From assembly GCA_044342325.1 (NCBI GenBank), contig JBIIPZ010000003.1, forward strand, positions 36,930 through 100,929: a DNA stretch of 64,000 nt, given 5' to 3'. Both the position numbers and the translations under genes were made by a program. This DNA comes from Terrimicrobiaceae bacterium (GTDB taxonomy: Bacteria; Verrucomicrobiota; Verrucomicrobiia; Chthoniobacterales; Terrimicrobiaceae). Positions 1 to 11,902 of this stretch are shown here, piece after piece (the stretch's first letter is position 1; each line of letters opens with the position of its first letter). The notes beneath the pieces were generated by a model that made no database searches, was not told the origin of the DNA, and saw only the letters and a program-made list of their open reading frames with translations.

Positions 1-1039
1 TGAATGAGCAGCGGAGTGCCGCGAATCAGCTCGATATAGAGTGTGGCGAGCCACCTGATAGGAAATGGGCCGTAGACCCTCATAATGGCGAGAGTGAACC
101 CCAGCAGGACGGCTCCAACCATGCCGAGGAGGCTGACTTCGACCGTCAAAAGCGAGGCCTCCAGCAGCAGTGGCCAGAAGCGGGTGTAGCCGATGATGCG
201 GTTCAAAAGGGTGGGTTGCTCGGCCGTGGAGGCCACAAAGGCCCGATACTCGGTGTCGGGAAGCGAGGGATCCTCCGGTTGTCCGAATGTGTCGGCGACC
301 ATCGCGGTCCAGAGTCCCCAGCGCGAGAGGATGTCGCGCATTTCTCCGCTGGCGATGACACGGGCGAGCGCGGCGTTCATTTCAGCCACGAGGGCGGAGT
401 TCCCCTTCGAGAGGGCGATCCCGTAGCTGATCTGGCCGAACGGCGGGCCGGTGAATTTCAGGTTCGGATTGGCAAAGGCGTAATATTTCGCAATCGGATA
501 ATCGAGGAGCACACCGAAGATACGGCCGTTCGCAACATCCGCATAGGCGTTCACCTCCTCGTCGTAGGTTTTGACGATGACTCCGGGAGTTTTGGAGAGC
601 ATGTTGAACGAGGCCGTCTGACTGAGGGTGCCGACTGGTTTGCCTATGAGCTGCTCGAGGCTGGTGACCGGATCGGTGCCTTTCTTCACGACGAATTGCT
701 CGTAGGTCACATAGTAGGGATTTGTGAAAAGCACCTCCTGCGCCTTGTCAGGAGTCACCTCGATACCGCAGATGACACAGTCGTAGAGTCCTCGGCCGAG
801 GCCGGGAATGAGGCCGTCCCAGTCATTGGGCACGAAAACAGGCTCGCGCCCCATCTCGCGGGCGATGGCCTGGATGACCTCGTATTCAAAGCCGGTCAGC
901 TTGTTGCCGGGGCCATAGAAGGCATAGGGCGCGTTGCTGTCAGTCGCCGCCGCCCAGCGGAGAGTCTTGGTGTCGGCCAGCGCGGAGGATTGCAGAATGA
1001 CAGCCAGTGCCAGCAACAGAAGTAGGGTGATTTTTTTCA

Positions 1040-1040
<1 letters not shown>
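1..1040 (-). CDS. Polar amino-acid ABC transporter, fused substrate-binding + permease protein (3' end runs off the window)
   Basis: Manual translation from ATG 1040 gives MKKITLLLLLALAVILQSSALADTKTLRWAAATDSNAPYAFYGPGNKLTGFEYE (signal peptide + SBP family 3). Near the window edge it reads WLATLYIELIRGTPLLI (HisM/GlnP permease motif). The start overlaps the stop of the ATPase gene (TGATG). Confidence 0.9.
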
Positions 1041-1807
<767 letters not shown>

Positions 1808-1938
1808 TGGTGGCGATGTCCTATGCTGGGCCTTGGCAGGAAACAAGGTCTGAAATGTGACCAATTTGTTGAAAATGCGGAGGCACTCTTAGGAATACAG
1901 CCTTTCCATTCCCTGCCACAGTCCTTTAGCGTTACATC

Positions 1939-2736
1939 ATGAAATACGCGTTTCTCGGAGCAGGAAAAATGGCATCCGCCATCATTCAAGGAATGTTGCG
2001 CGGCAAGGTCTGCAATGCGGAGGACATCATCGCCTCATGTCCAGAAGTGTCGATTCTGCAAAGCCTTCAGGATGCCACCTCGGTGCGCGTAACAACCTCA
2101 AATGAACAGGCCGCAGGCGCAGCTCCCGTTTTGATCCTTTGCGTTAAGCCGCAGGAGGCCGCGACCGCCATTGGACAGGCCGGTGCGGCCCTTGATGGAA
2201 AACTCCTCATCTCGATTGCTGCGGGACTTAGTCTGGCAACCTTGGAAAAAATGGCACCGAAATGCCGCATCATTCGTGCCATGCCAAATACGCCCGCCCT
2301 CATCGGCCGAGCCGCGACGGCATTCACGGGTGCTGACAACGCCACTCAAGCCGACAGAGACTGCGCCGAGGCGATCTTCGCGAGTGTGGGGGTTGTTTCC
2401 TATGTTCAGGAAAAACTCCTCGATGCCGTCACCGGCCTGAGCGGGAGCGGCCCGGCTTATATTTTTCTGGTCATCGAAGCCCTCACAGATGGCGGAGTTT
2501 CTTGCGGACTTCCTACGAACTTGGCGCGCCAACTCGCCATCCAAACCGTGCTGGGAGCGGCCGAACTCGCCAAGGAAACCGGCGAGCATCCCGCTATTCT
2601 GCGCGAAATGGTGACGAGCCCCGGAGGAACCACTGCTGCTGCTCTCGGCGAACTGGAACAGCACGGAGTCCGCGCTGCGTTCATCCAAGCCGTCCGCGCC
2701 GCTGACCGGCGCTCGAAGGAACTCTCCGGACAATGA
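1939..2736 (+). CDS. proC: Pyrroline-5-carboxylate reductase
   Basis: FLGAGKMA Rossmann motif, RAMPNTP, GLSGSGPAY, VTSPGGTT. Confidence 0.96.
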   Translation: MKYAFLGAGKMASAIIQGMLRGKVCNAEDIIASCPEVSILQSLQDATSVRVTTSNEQAAGAAPVLILCVKPQEAATAIGQAGAALDGKLLISIAAGLSLATLEKMAPKCRIIRAMPNTPALIGRAATAFTGADNATQADRDCAEAIFASVGVVSYVQEKLLDAVTGLSGSGPAYIFLVIEALTDGGVSCGLPTNLARQLAIQTVLGAAELAKETGEHPAILREMVTSPGGTTAAALGELEQHGVRAAFIQAVRAADRRSKELSGQ

Positions 2737-3401
2737 TCCGCCGCGCTGCCGTTCGCTTGCTTCTAGCGGCATGCTCAATGGGAATTGCACACAGCCTGTC
2801 TGCCGGAGAATCGGAGAAAAATTTTAGCCCTCGCACTCTAGCTGCAGCTATTGCGGAAGGGAATGTGGCTTTTGAACGGAAGGATTACAGCGCTGCACGA
2901 AACGCCTACTCCCGCGTTCTTGCTCTGGATCCGGACAACCTCATGGGTCTTGTGAACCTCGGCATGGTGGAATTTTATTCAGGCCATCCCGACAAGGCGG
3001 AGGAACTACTGAAGAAGGCCGTCCGTCAGCGCCTCGAATCCGCTCCAGCCTGGCTCACGCTTGGCATGATCTACATGGACCGCAATGAACCGGACGCCGC
3101 CCTAGCCGCACTCTCACAAGCCATGGTGCAGGATCCGCTGAACGCCCGGACTCGCAATTTCCTCGGGGTTGTCATGGGGCGACGGGGTTGGATCGAAGGA
3201 GCCCAGCACGAACTCCGCCGCGCCGTCGAACTCGACCCCTCGTATGCGGATGCCCACTACAACCTAGCCGTTTTTTATCTGGAGGAAAAACCGCCCGCGA
3301 TCGAGCTTTCCCGCCGACATTATCAGAAGGCTCTCGAACTCGGGGTTGAAAAAAATCCCGAAATGGAAAAGTTATTCAGCACACCGCCAAAAAAACCTTA
3401 A
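2733..3401 (+). CDS. Exported tetratricopeptide-repeat protein
   Basis: Signal peptide-like N-terminus, several TPR units (AWLTLGMIY, AHYNLAVFY, ALELG), ATGA overlap with proC. Confidence 0.85.
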   Translation: MIRRAAVRLLLAACSMGIAHSLSAGESEKNFSPRTLAAAIAEGNVAFERKDYSAARNAYSRVLALDPDNLMGLVNLGMVEFYSGHPDKAEELLKKAVRQRLESAPAWLTLGMIYMDRNEPDAALAALSQAMVQDPLNARTRNFLGVVMGRRGWIEGAQHELRRAVELDPSYADAHYNLAVFYLEEKPPAIELSRRHYQKALELGVEKNPEMEKLFSTPPKKP

Positions 3402-3410
3402 CTTCACGAC

Positions 3411-4244
3411 ATGACCGCCCGCCTGCTTCCAGCATTTCTTTGCCTCCTCGCCATCATCCCACTTCAAGCCGCACCCGTTCCAGAGATCAGCGCCAAGTCG
3501 GCGATTCTGGTGGATGCGAACACCGGCAAGGTCCTCTTCTCAAAAAACGACACCGCACAGCGCGCAGTCGCAAGCACTCAAAAGCTCCTCACTGCCCTCA
3601 TCGTCGCCGAGGCTGGTGATCTGGACAAACGAGTCGAAGTCGAAGCTACGGACACAAACTGCGAGCCCACTAAAATCTATGTCAAACCAGGACAGAGCTA
3701 CACACGGCGTGAACTTCTGAACGCCCTCCTAGTGAAGAGCGGCAATGATGTCGCCCGCACTCTTGCTCGCGATAATGCCGGAAGCGTGAGCGCGTTTGCC
3801 GATAAAATGACTCAGCGCGTTCGCAGTCTTGGTGGGTCGAATTCAAATTTCGAGAATCCCAACGGACTGCCAGCCAAGGGGCAGTATTCTACCGCCCGCG
3901 ATATGGCCCGCGTTGCCCGCATGGCCTACCGCAATCCAGCGCTTCGCGAGATCATGAGGACGAAAAATTATAACTTCCGCTTTTCTTCAGGAAATGTCGT
4001 GCCTCTCCGCAACACAAACCGCGTCCTTCGCACCTACTCGTTCTGCAATGGAATGAAGACAGGTTACACACACCTGGCCGGCCATTGCCTCATCTCCAGC
4101 GGATCCTATAACGGGCGAGATGTCATAGCCGTCGTTCTCGGGAGCACAAAATCACGCATCGCCGACGAGTCGGCAAAACTTCTCGCCTACGGACTGAACA
4201 TCCCTTCATCCAAGCTCGGCGCGCTGCGCATCTCGCAAAACTAA
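3411..4244 (+). CDS. D-alanyl-D-alanine carboxypeptidase (peptidase S11)
   Basis: SxxK (ASTQK), SGN, NPNGL and KTG motifs; signal peptide. Confidence 0.92.
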   Translation: MTARLLPAFLCLLAIIPLQAAPVPEISAKSAILVDANTGKVLFSKNDTAQRAVASTQKLLTALIVAEAGDLDKRVEVEATDTNCEPTKIYVKPGQSYTRRELLNALLVKSGNDVARTLARDNAGSVSAFADKMTQRVRSLGGSNSNFENPNGLPAKGQYSTARDMARVARMAYRNPALREIMRTKNYNFRFSSGNVVPLRNTNRVLRTYSFCNGMKTGYTHLAGHCLISSGSYNGRDVIAVVLGSTKSRIADESAKLLAYGLNIPSSKLGALRISQN

Positions 4245-4251
4245 AACCGGC

Positions 4252-6285
4252 GTGGCCCGCTCCTACACACTGCAAGCGCCTCCGGCCTCCTCCAGCGGCA
4301 TCGACTACCCCTCGGAACTCAATGACCAGCAACTCGCCGCTGTGACATCTCCCGGCGGCCCGGCGCTGGTCATTGCCGGCGCTGGCAGTGGAAAAACACG
4401 CACACTGACCTACCGCGTGGCTTGGATTCTGGAACAAGGCGTTCCCGCCCGCTCCATCCTGCTCCTCACTTTCACGAACAAAGCCGCGCGTGAAATGACC
4501 GAGCGGGTGCACACACTCATCCCCGGCGCCGCCGATGGACTCTGGGGTGGCACATTCCACTCGATCGGCAACCGCATCCTCCGCCGACACGCCGAGGCCG
4601 TCGGGTTCCGCCAAGGATTCAGCATTATGGACCGCGAGGATGCCGAGGACATGATCGCCTCCGTTGTGGCCCAGGAGGGCATTGTTTCCACCGACAAGCG
4701 ATTCCCAAAAGCTGGCGTGCTCTCCGACATCTTCAGCTATTCGATCAACACCGGCCTTCCAATTTCAAAAGTGCTCGTCGAGAAATACCGCTACTTCATT
4801 CCCCTCGCCCAAGACATCGAACGCGTTCAGACCGCCTACGAATCGAGAAAAAAGGAGGCGAACTCGATGGACTTCGACGACCTCCTCGCTAAGACCCTCG
4901 AGCTTTTCCTGACGAATCCCGAGATCGCTGCGCAATACCAACGCCAATTCCAACACATCCTCGTCGATGAGTATCAAGACACCAACCGACTCCAGTCCGA
5001 ACTCATCGACCTCCTCGCTGCACACCATGGGAATGTGATGGTCGTAGGCGACGATGCGCAGAGCATCTACTCGTGGCGCGGGGCGAATTTTGAAAACATC
5101 CTGCGTTTTCCCGAGACACACCCCGGCGCACAGGTCTTTAAAATCGAAACAAACTACCGCAGCGTGCCCGGCGTTCTGGATGTCGCCAACGCCGCCATTC
5201 TCACAAACGAAAACCAATTTCCAAAAAACCTCGCGCCCGTGCGCAAGCCGCATGCGGTGAAGCCCGCCCTCGTTGCCTTGCCGAACAACAACCAGCAGGC
5301 AGCCTTCGTCGCGCAGCGCATCATTGAACTCTCGGACGAGGGCGTGCCGCTCGAGCAGATCGCCGTCCTCTACCGCGCCCACTACCACTCGATGGAGATG
5401 CAGCTCGAGTTCACACGGCGAGGCATCCCCTTTAGTATCACCAGCGGGCTTCGATTTTTCGAGCAGGCCCATATCAAGGATGTCGCCGCATTCCTCAAAT
5501 TCACCGTCAACCCGCGCGATGAAACCGCCTTCAAGCGCATGATCCGCATGCAACCGGGCATCGGCAACAAAACCGCCGAGACGCTCTGGCAAAAGACCTC
5601 GGCGATCCTCGATGGGAAAACCAATTTCAAAGACCTCGCTGGCCTCAAGATTCCTGCCAAAGCTCAAAAGTCGTGGGACCAATTTATTCACACCCTTGGA
5701 GACCTCGCTCCTGCCGAGGGCCCCATGAAGCCAGCCGAGATGATCTCCTGCGTCCTCTTCGCCGTTTACGAGGACTACATGAAGGAGAAATTCCCGAACT
5801 ACGACGCCCGCCATGAGGATCTCGTCACGCTGCAGGAATTCGCCGGGCAATTTGAAACGACATCCGACTTCCTCTCCCAACTCGCCCTGCTGGGCAGTTT
5901 GGAAACGGCCAACGCCTTCGCCGAAGCGGGTGAAACCGAGAAAGTGACCCTCTCCACACTCCACCAAGCCAAAGGCCTCGAGTGGAAAGTCGTCTTCCTC
6001 ATCTGGCTCGCCGACGGAATGTTTCCAAGCAGCCGCAGCATCGAGGACCCTCGCGCGCTCGAGGAGGAACGCCGTCTTTTCTATGTCGGCGTGACCCGCT
6101 GCATGGACGAACTCTACCTCACCTACCCCGAGATGCGCCTCGCCGCCGGCTACGACCAGTCATTCTACTCCCCCTCGCGCTTCCTCCGCGAAGTCCCGGA
6201 ATCCCTGTTTGAATGCTGGGAAGTCAATCAAGCACCGCGCACCTTCTCCTCCACCCGCCACGAAGACGGCGAAATCCCGTTTTAA
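4252..6285 (+). CDS. ATP-dependent DNA helicase, UvrD/PcrA/Rep family
   Basis: AGAGSGKT, VDEYQD, GDDAQSIYSWRGA, NYRS, TLHQAKGLEW, EEERRLFYVGVTR. Confidence 0.95.
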   Translation: MARSYTLQAPPASSSGIDYPSELNDQQLAAVTSPGGPALVIAGAGSGKTRTLTYRVAWILEQGVPARSILLLTFTNKAAREMTERVHTLIPGAADGLWGGTFHSIGNRILRRHAEAVGFRQGFSIMDREDAEDMIASVVAQEGIVSTDKRFPKAGVLSDIFSYSINTGLPISKVLVEKYRYFIPLAQDIERVQTAYESRKKEANSMDFDDLLAKTLELFLTNPEIAAQYQRQFQHILVDEYQDTNRLQSELIDLLAAHHGNVMVVGDDAQSIYSWRGANFENILRFPETHPGAQVFKIETNYRSVPGVLDVANAAILTNENQFPKNLAPVRKPHAVKPALVALPNNNQQAAFVAQRIIELSDEGVPLEQIAVLYRAHYHSMEMQLEFTRRGIPFSITSGLRFFEQAHIKDVAAFLKFTVNPRDETAFKRMIRMQPGIGNKTAETLWQKTSAILDGKTNFKDLAGLKIPAKAQKSWDQFIHTLGDLAPAEGPMKPAEMISCVLFAVYEDYMKEKFPNYDARHEDLVTLQEFAGQFETTSDFLSQLALLGSLETANAFAEAGETEKVTLSTLHQAKGLEWKVVFLIWLADGMFPSSRSIEDPRALEEERRLFYVGVTRCMDELYLTYPEMRLAAGYDQSFYSPSRFLREVPESLFECWEVNQAPRTFSSTRHEDGEIPF

Positions 6286-6390
6286 AAAGGGCTCGCGCAA
6301 GGCACATCCGGCTTGGCAGGAGTGCCCCGACCTTTTGCCAAGACAGGTTGCATGGCTCTCCATGCAGGACAACAGCCGAGGTTCGATCTA

Positions 6391-6696
6391 TCAGATAGAA
6401 TCAGAAACTGAAAGCTGCTGCTCGACCCACTTTGGCTTCCGGCGGCAATCCAAAACTCGATAGACAACGATATCGTCGCCTCTGACCTTGTAGTAGATGG
6501 CGTAAGGAAATCGTCTTGCAATTAGCCTGAAAAATCCCAGGTGAAGCGAATGGATTCCTGCAAAGACCAATAGGGAATCGATTTCAGAAAAGAAGCTGTC
6601 AAAAAAGTAATCTCCGAGACCATCGCCTTGGAGGTCATAAAATTTTCGCCCCTGAGAAAGATCCTCGATGGCGGAGGTTAGAACCCGCAGGTTCAT
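6391..6696 (-). CDS. Type II toxin, RelE/ParE family
   Basis: 101 aa with A..DL....FY, GLGDYF, RFPYAIYY, VYRVLDCRRKP pattern; ATGA overlap with the upstream antitoxin. Confidence 0.85.
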   Translation of the reverse strand: MNLRVLTSAIEDLSQGRKFYDLQGDGLGDYFFDSFFSEIDSLLVFAGIHSLHLGFFRLIARRFPYAIYYKVRGDDIVVYRVLDCRRKPKWVEQQLSVSDSI

Positions 6697-6908
6697 TCAA
6701 ATTCTTTTCTGAGCTTTCTTTTGGCCTCTTCCCAGTCGATCGCCTGGACTCTCCCAAGTTTGAAGTCCCTTTCTGTCTTTCGGAGTTCTTCGCCATGCCA
6801 AGAAGGGCTTTGAAAAAGCGCGTCCTCATCCGCAAGGTCAGACCAAAGAGCCTCGACAATTTGAAGCTTTTCCCGGCGGGGGAGTTGGCGCAACTCGGCG
6901 ATGCTCAT
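6693..6908 (-). CDS. Addiction-module antitoxin (putative addiction module component family)
   Basis: C-terminal 71 aa of ORF 6693..8237: MSIAELRQLPRREKLQIVEALWSDL...SPSWHGEELR...IDWEEAKRKLR; lies directly upstream of the toxin. Confidence 0.85.
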   Translation of the reverse strand: MSIAELRQLPRREKLQIVEALWSDLADEDALFQSPSWHGEELRKTERDFKLGRVQAIDWEEAKRKLRKEFE

Positions 6909-6943
6909 GGGCTGAAATTTATGCCATCTGTCAACAGATGCAA
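6909..6943 (-). promoter_or_regulatory. Sigma70-type promoter of the TA operon with a palindromic operator; probably leaderless
   Basis: Minus strand TTGCAT-16 bp-TAAATT-7 nt-ATG. Palindrome CATCTG-N4-CAGATG (6925-6940) lies in the spacer and runs into the -35. Confidence 0.7.
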
Positions 6944-7076
6944 GGCAATCTCGGACATCACCTCCTCTGTGTTCCCTGTGCGCTCTGTGGTCAATCCATC
7001 CAGACGCCGGTTTACCCACCACTCGTATCGGTTTGCAGGAGCGGACTGTTCCACATAAGATCCGCCTTTTTCCAAA

Positions 7077-9617
7077 ATGAGCACGCAGCGCAAGCAGTAT
7101 CCGTTCACTGAATTCGAAACCCGTTGGCAACAGCACTGGCTGGAAGCTGGAGCATTCCGCGCAGCCAATCCGGGCGATGCCAATTTCGACGCCTCCAAGC
7201 CGAAATACTACATTCTCGACATGTTCCCCTACCCCAGCGGCGATGGCTTGCATGTCGGCCATGTCGAGGGATACACAGCCACTGACATCCTTGCGCGCTT
7301 CCACCGCATGCAAGGCTTCAATGTTCTCCATCCCATGGGCTGGGACGCCTTCGGATTGCCTGCGGAACAATACGCCATCAAAACTGGACAACACCCGCGC
7401 GTCACCACGGCCCGAAACATCGACAACTTCCGCCGTCAACTCCAGGCCGTGGGTTTTAGCTACGATTGGGATCGCGAAGTCAGCACCACCGACCCCGGCT
7501 ACTTCCGGTGGACGCAGTGGATTTTCCTCCAACTCTACAACGCCTGGTTCAACCCCACGACACACAAGGCCGAACCCATCTCCACCTACACCGGCAATGA
7601 TACCGACTCCGTGCGCCTCGCCTATGTCGCCGAAATGCCGGTGAACTGGTGCCCACAACTCGGCACCGTGCTGGCCAACGAGGAAGTCGTCGACGGCAAG
7701 AGCGAAGTCGGGGGATTCCCCGTCGAGCGCCGTCCACTCCGCCAATGGATGCTCCGCATCACCGCCTTCGCAGAGCGCCTTCTGGATGGACTCGATGGAC
7801 TCGATTGGCCTGAGGGCATCAAACTTCTCCAGCGAAACTGGATCGGCCGTAGCGAGGGAGCCTTGGTTAAATTCCAAATCGAAAACGCGCCGTGCGAAGT
7901 GGAAGTCTTCACGACACGCCCCGACACTCTCTTCGGCGCGACCTACATGATCCTCGCGCCCGAGCATCCGCTCGTTACCGCCATCACCACTCCCGAACAA
8001 CGCGAAGCCGTCGAAAAATACAAAGCCTCCGTCGCCTCCAAGAGCGACCTCGACCGCACAGAACTCAACAAGGAAAAAAGCGGCGTCTTCACCGGCGCCT
8101 TCGCCATTAATCCCGTCAACGGCGACAAAATCCCTGTCTGGATCGCCGACTATGTGCTCATGGGCTACGGCACAGGAGCCATCATGGCAGTCCCCGCGCA
8201 CGACGAGCGCGACTTCGAATTCGCCACAAAATTCCAACTCCCCATCCGCGAGGTGGTGCGTGGCAGCTCAGCAAATGAAGCCTCCTCCTGCTTTGCAGGC
8301 GAGGGAGTGGCTGTGAACTCGGGATTTCTCGAAGGCCTGCCGACCTCCGAGGCCAAGCAAAAGATCACTGTTTGGCTGGAGGAAAAGGCCCTCGGCCGAG
8401 GCACTGTGAACTACAAACTTCGCGACTGGCTTTTCTCCCGCCAGCGCTACTGGGGCGAGCCATTCCCCATCGTGTGGGAAGGCGGACGCCATCGCGCACT
8501 GACCCAGGACGAACTTCCCGTCATCCAGCCGGACATGGAGGATTTCAAACCCACTGGCACGCCGGAGCCACCACTCAGCAAGGCTCTCGAATGGTTGAAA
8601 TACTCGAACTCCGCACAGCGTGAGACCAACACCATGCCTCAATGGGCCGGTTCCTGCTGGTATTACCTGCGCTTCTGCGATGCCACAAATTCCGACCGCT
8701 TCATCGGCAAAGAAGCCGACGAATACTGGATGGCGCGCAATGAGAAGCCCGGCGGCGTCGACCTGTATGTCGGCGGCACCGAGCACGCCGTGCTGCATCT
8801 CCTCTACGCCCGCTTCTGGCACAAAGTCCTCCATGACCTCGGCCATGTGGCGACGCCCGAACCATTCCAGCGTTTGGTCAACCAAGGCATGATCCTCGGA
8901 CCCGACGGCCAAAAAATGTCCAAGAGCCGGGGCAATGTCATCACGCCCGACAGTGTGATCTCGGAATACGGCGCCGACTCGCTGCGTCTCTACGAAATGT
9001 TCATGGGCCCACTCGAACAAATGAAACCCTGGAGCATGAAAGGCGTTGAAGGAGTTTACCGCTTCCTCGCCCGCGTCTGGCGCTTGGCCATGGAGGAAAA
9101 CCAGGAAGGCGAATGGATCCTCTCGAGCGACCTCGCCGAGATTCCGCTCACCTCGCAGCAACTCCGCATCGCCCACGCGACCATCAAGAAGGTGACATCC
9201 GACATCCGCCTGCTCGCCTTCAACACAGCGATCTCGCAAATGATGGTTTTCACAAACGAATTCGTGAACGCCAAGCCACGTCCACTCGAAGCGCTGCGCA
9301 TCCTCCTGCCACTCCTGAGCCCCTTCGCGCCGCACCTCGCCGAAGAACTTTGGAGCCGGCTTGGTTTCTCAGGCCTCGCCTCCAAGCAAACTTGGCCCGT
9401 GCACGACGAATCCCTCCTCGTCGAAAACGAAGTCGAACTCGCCGTGCAGGTGAACGGCAAAGTCCGCGAGCGACTTGTCATTTCAAAAGAGGCCACCAAG
9501 GAGGAAATCGAAAAAGCCGCCCTCGAGAGCCCAAAAATCCAAGAAGCCACCGCAGGACAAAGCATCGTCAAAGTCGTCGTTGTCCCCGGAAAACTCGTAA
9601 ACATCGTCGCCAAATAA
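7077..9617 (+). CDS. leuS: Leucine--tRNA ligase
   Basis: [14 protein letters not shown] (HIGH), editing domain [23 protein letters not shown]. Confidence 0.98.
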   Translation: MSTQRKQYPFTEFETRWQQHWLEAGAFRAANPGDANFDASKPKYYILDMFPYPSGDGLHVGHVEGYTATDILARFHRMQGFNVLHPMGWDAFGLPAEQYAIKTGQHPRVTTARNIDNFRRQLQAVGFSYDWDREVSTTDPGYFRWTQWIFLQLYNAWFNPTTHKAEPISTYTGNDTDSVRLAYVAEMPVNWCPQLGTVLANEEVVDGKSEVGGFPVERRPLRQWMLRITAFAERLLDGLDGLDWPEGIKLLQRNWIGRSEGALVKFQIENAPCEVEVFTTRPDTLFGATYMILAPEHPLVTAITTPEQREAVEKYKASVASKSDLDRTELNKEKSGVFTGAFAINPVNGDKIPVWIADYVLMGYGTGAIMAVPAHDERDFEFATKFQLPIREVVRGSSANEASSCFAGEGVAVNSGFLEGLPTSEAKQKITVWLEEKALGRGTVNYKLRDWLFSRQRYWGEPFPIVWEGGRHRALTQDELPVIQPDMEDFKPTGTPEPPLSKALEWLKYSNSAQRETNTMPQWAGSCWYYLRFCDATNSDRFIGKEADEYWMARNEKPGGVDLYVGGTEHAVLHLLYARFWHKVLHDLGHVATPEPFQRLVNQGMILGPDGQKMSKSRGNVITPDSVISEYGADSLRLYEMFMGPLEQMKPWSMKGVEGVYRFLARVWRLAMEENQEGEWILSSDLAEIPLTSQQLRIAHATIKKVTSDIRLLAFNTAISQMMVFTNEFVNAKPRPLEALRILLPLLSPFAPHLAEELWSRLGFSGLASKQTWPVHDESLLVENEVELAVQVNGKVRERLVISKEATKEEIEKAALESPKIQEATAGQSIVKVVVVPGKLVNIVAK

Positions 9618-9665
9618 AACCTACCAAGCAACCAGCGCCGCTCGCAAAAAACAGGATTTTTCCCC

Positions 9666-9693
9666 TTGTCAAAGCGGCTCCGGCGCTTAGTTT
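9666..9693 (+). promoter_or_regulatory. Putative tRNA promoter
   Basis: TTGTCA-16 bp-TAGTTT ending 15 nt upstream of the tRNA. Confidence 0.6.
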
Positions 9694-9708
9694 CTTCCTC
9701 CCCAACAC

Positions 9709-9783
9709 GGCGCCTTCGTCTAGCGGTTAGGACACAGCCCTCTCACGGCTGGTGCACGGGTTCGATTCCCGTAGGCGTCGCCA
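9709..9783 (+). tRNA. tRNA-Glu (anticodon CTC)
   Basis: Acceptor stem GGCGCCT/AGGCGTC, D-arm TAGCGGTTAGGA, anticodon arm CAGCC-CTCTCAC-GGCTG, T-loop GGTTCGATTCC, encoded CCA. Confidence 0.96.
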
Positions 9784-9892
9784 TTTTTTTACCCTCCACT
9801 TTCACCCCATCAACCGCGCAACAAAATTAGTTCAGCCGGTGACTCTGCATAGTTTTGAGAGTTTCTTGAAGTTCGGTCTTCTTTGAAATTTT

Positions 9893-10203
9893 TTTCATGA
9901 AGCTGTGACAAAACTGGCCTGAGAGTTAGGCAGTCGAAAGTCGCGATCTTCGGCCAAGATTGGTCCAAGGTTACGAATTTGTAACATGCGTCCCATTGCA
10001 ATCGAGGTGGCACACAATAATTCAACAGGGTGCACTTGGTGTGAGAATCAGTGCAACAGGAACAGGCGGGGGCAGCGCCTCCGCCTGTTTCACAACTCCG
10101 CGAAGATCCCAGTTTGTATTCTCGGCAACTCGTCTTTTGACTGAAGAACCAGTCAACCCAAAACAACAGATCAAGCCCGTTTCCTTTGTGACAAGATTGT
10201 AAC
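9893..10203. promoter_or_regulatory. Cluster of 11-bp-period direct-repeat boxes (OmpR/PhoB-type) upstream of tpsB
   Basis: TTTCAT-N5-TGTGAC (9893-9909, weaker), GGTTAC-N5-TGTAAC (9969-9985), TGTGAC-N5-TGTAAC (10187-10203). Confidence 0.6.
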
Positions 10204-10252
10204 ATTACTCCGGTTGCCGGGTCTGGGTCCGACTGCTGACCTACTGCGCTCA

Positions 10253-11893
10253 ATGATTCGGAGTTCTCACACCATCCGCTTCAGACGCTTGATCCTTCAC
10301 TTGGTATTGGGAGTCTTTGTCGCCCTGTCTGCCCGCCTGGCCGCACAGGACGCGAATCCTTTTATCGATGAGGAACCGCCGCCAGTCGTGGATCCCGAGC
10401 CTCCGCAGACATTTTCCATACGCGAATTCCGCGTGGTGGGCGCCAAGACACTTCCGACCGGAGCGGTGGACAAGGCGCTCTACAGCCACACCGGGCCGGG
10501 CCGCACGCCGGAGGATGTCGAAAATGCCCGTATGGCCCTCGAGAAGGCCTACCATGATGAAGGCTACCAGACCGTTTCCGTCTCCGTGCCGCCTCAAGGC
10601 GTGAATACCGGCGTCATTGTGCTGCAGGTCACCGAGGCGACCGTTGGACGCCTACGCGTAAAGGGTTCCCGCTTTTTTGACATCGAGAGGATCAAAAAAA
10701 TGGCACCGGCGCTTGCAGAGGGCACGGTGCCGAATTTTAACGATGTGCAGCGCGACATCATCGCCCTCAACCAGACAGCCGATCTCCAAGTCACTCCATC
10801 ACTGGCTATTGGAAAAACACCGGGAACTGTCGATGTCGATCTGACGGTGAAGAACAAGTTTCCCCTGCACGGCAGCGTGGAGCTGAACAACCGCTACAGC
10901 ACGAATACAACGCCCCTCCGCCTCGACGCCTCAGTGCGCTATGACAATTTATGGCAGATGGGTCACACGATCGGCGCAGGCTTCCAGATCGCCCCGCAGC
11001 GCCCGAGCGACGCCCTGATTTTCTCCGGTTATTATATAGCACGCACGCCATCCATCGACTGGGTTGCGCTCATGCTCCAAGCCACACGCCAGAACAGCGA
11101 GGTCTCCACACTCGGCGGCACCGACTCGCTCGGAAACGGCGAAATCTACGGCGGGCGCTTCCTTTTCAACCTCCCCGCCAAGACCGGATTCTACCACTCG
11201 GCCAGTATGGGCATTGACTACAAGGACTTTGCTCAAGATCTCGTTGTGGGCAACCAAACGGTTTCCAGTCCCCTCACCTACTGGCCGTTTTCGATCAACT
11301 ACAACGCCAGCTCGATCGGCAAACACTACGAAACCGAGTTCGGTGCCGGCGTGACCTTCTCTTTCCGTGGAACAGGCACGCAGGAGGCGATTGATTTCGA
11401 CAACCGCCGCTACAATGCGAATGCGAATTTTTTCTACCTGCGCGGCAATCTGGCCCACACGCAGAAGCTGCCTTGGGATTTCCAACTCTTCGGCGAGGTG
11501 CAGGGCCAGGCGACGGCGAATCCCCTCGTGGACACCGAGCAATACAGCCTCGGCGGGCAATCCACCGTTCGCGGTTACCTCGAATCCGTCGTCACGGGCG
11601 ACAATGCCATCGCCGGCACGCTGGAATTCCGCACTCCATCGCTCCTCGGTTGGCTTCCGAAAGGGAACGAGTGGCGCTTTTTCGTCTTCATCGACGCCGG
11701 CTACGCCATGCTCAACGATCCCCTCCCCGAGCAGACCTCGACCTTCAACCTCTGGAGTTACGGCGTCGGCACCAGCATTCGTCTCGTGGACCACATCAAT
11801 GGCGATTTCTTCATCGGCATTCCTCAGATCACCCAATCACCCTCCGAGGCCTACCAACCGCTCTTCTCCTTCAGCATCTCCGCAGAACTTTAA
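10253..11893 (+). CDS. Two-partner secretion outer-membrane transporter TpsB (ShlB/FhaC/HecB family)
   Basis: POTRA-like region (LEKAYHDEGY..VSVPPQ), beta-barrel strands, GGQSTVRGY (VRGY loop). Start uncertain (ORF opens at 10214). Confidence 0.92.
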   Translation: MIRSSHTIRFRRLILHLVLGVFVALSARLAAQDANPFIDEEPPPVVDPEPPQTFSIREFRVVGAKTLPTGAVDKALYSHTGPGRTPEDVENARMALEKAYHDEGYQTVSVSVPPQGVNTGVIVLQVTEATVGRLRVKGSRFFDIERIKKMAPALAEGTVPNFNDVQRDIIALNQTADLQVTPSLAIGKTPGTVDVDLTVKNKFPLHGSVELNNRYSTNTTPLRLDASVRYDNLWQMGHTIGAGFQIAPQRPSDALIFSGYYIARTPSIDWVALMLQATRQNSEVSTLGGTDSLGNGEIYGGRFLFNLPAKTGFYHSASMGIDYKDFAQDLVVGNQTVSSPLTYWPFSINYNASSIGKHYETEFGAGVTFSFRGTGTQEAIDFDNRRYNANANFFYLRGNLAHTQKLPWDFQLFGEVQGQATANPLVDTEQYSLGGQSTVRGYLESVVTGDNAIAGTLEFRTPSLLGWLPKGNEWRFFVFIDAGYAMLNDPLPEQTSTFNLWSYGVGTSIRLVDHINGDFFIGIPQITQSPSEAYQPLFSFSISAEL

Positions 11894-11902
11894 CCGCACG
11901 AT

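Noticed and set aside
216..1025. 269-aa plus-strand ORF and the many other long antisense or alternate-frame ORFs (e.g. 4765-5967, 16170-17855, 42009-44177, 51498-52919)
   Set aside because: They are shadows of well-supported genes on the opposite strand in GC-rich DNA and carry no recognisable motifs
6909..8237. N-terminal 443 aa of ORF 6693..8237
   Set aside because: Mostly antisense to leuS; only the last 71 codons form the antitoxin, which has its own promoter
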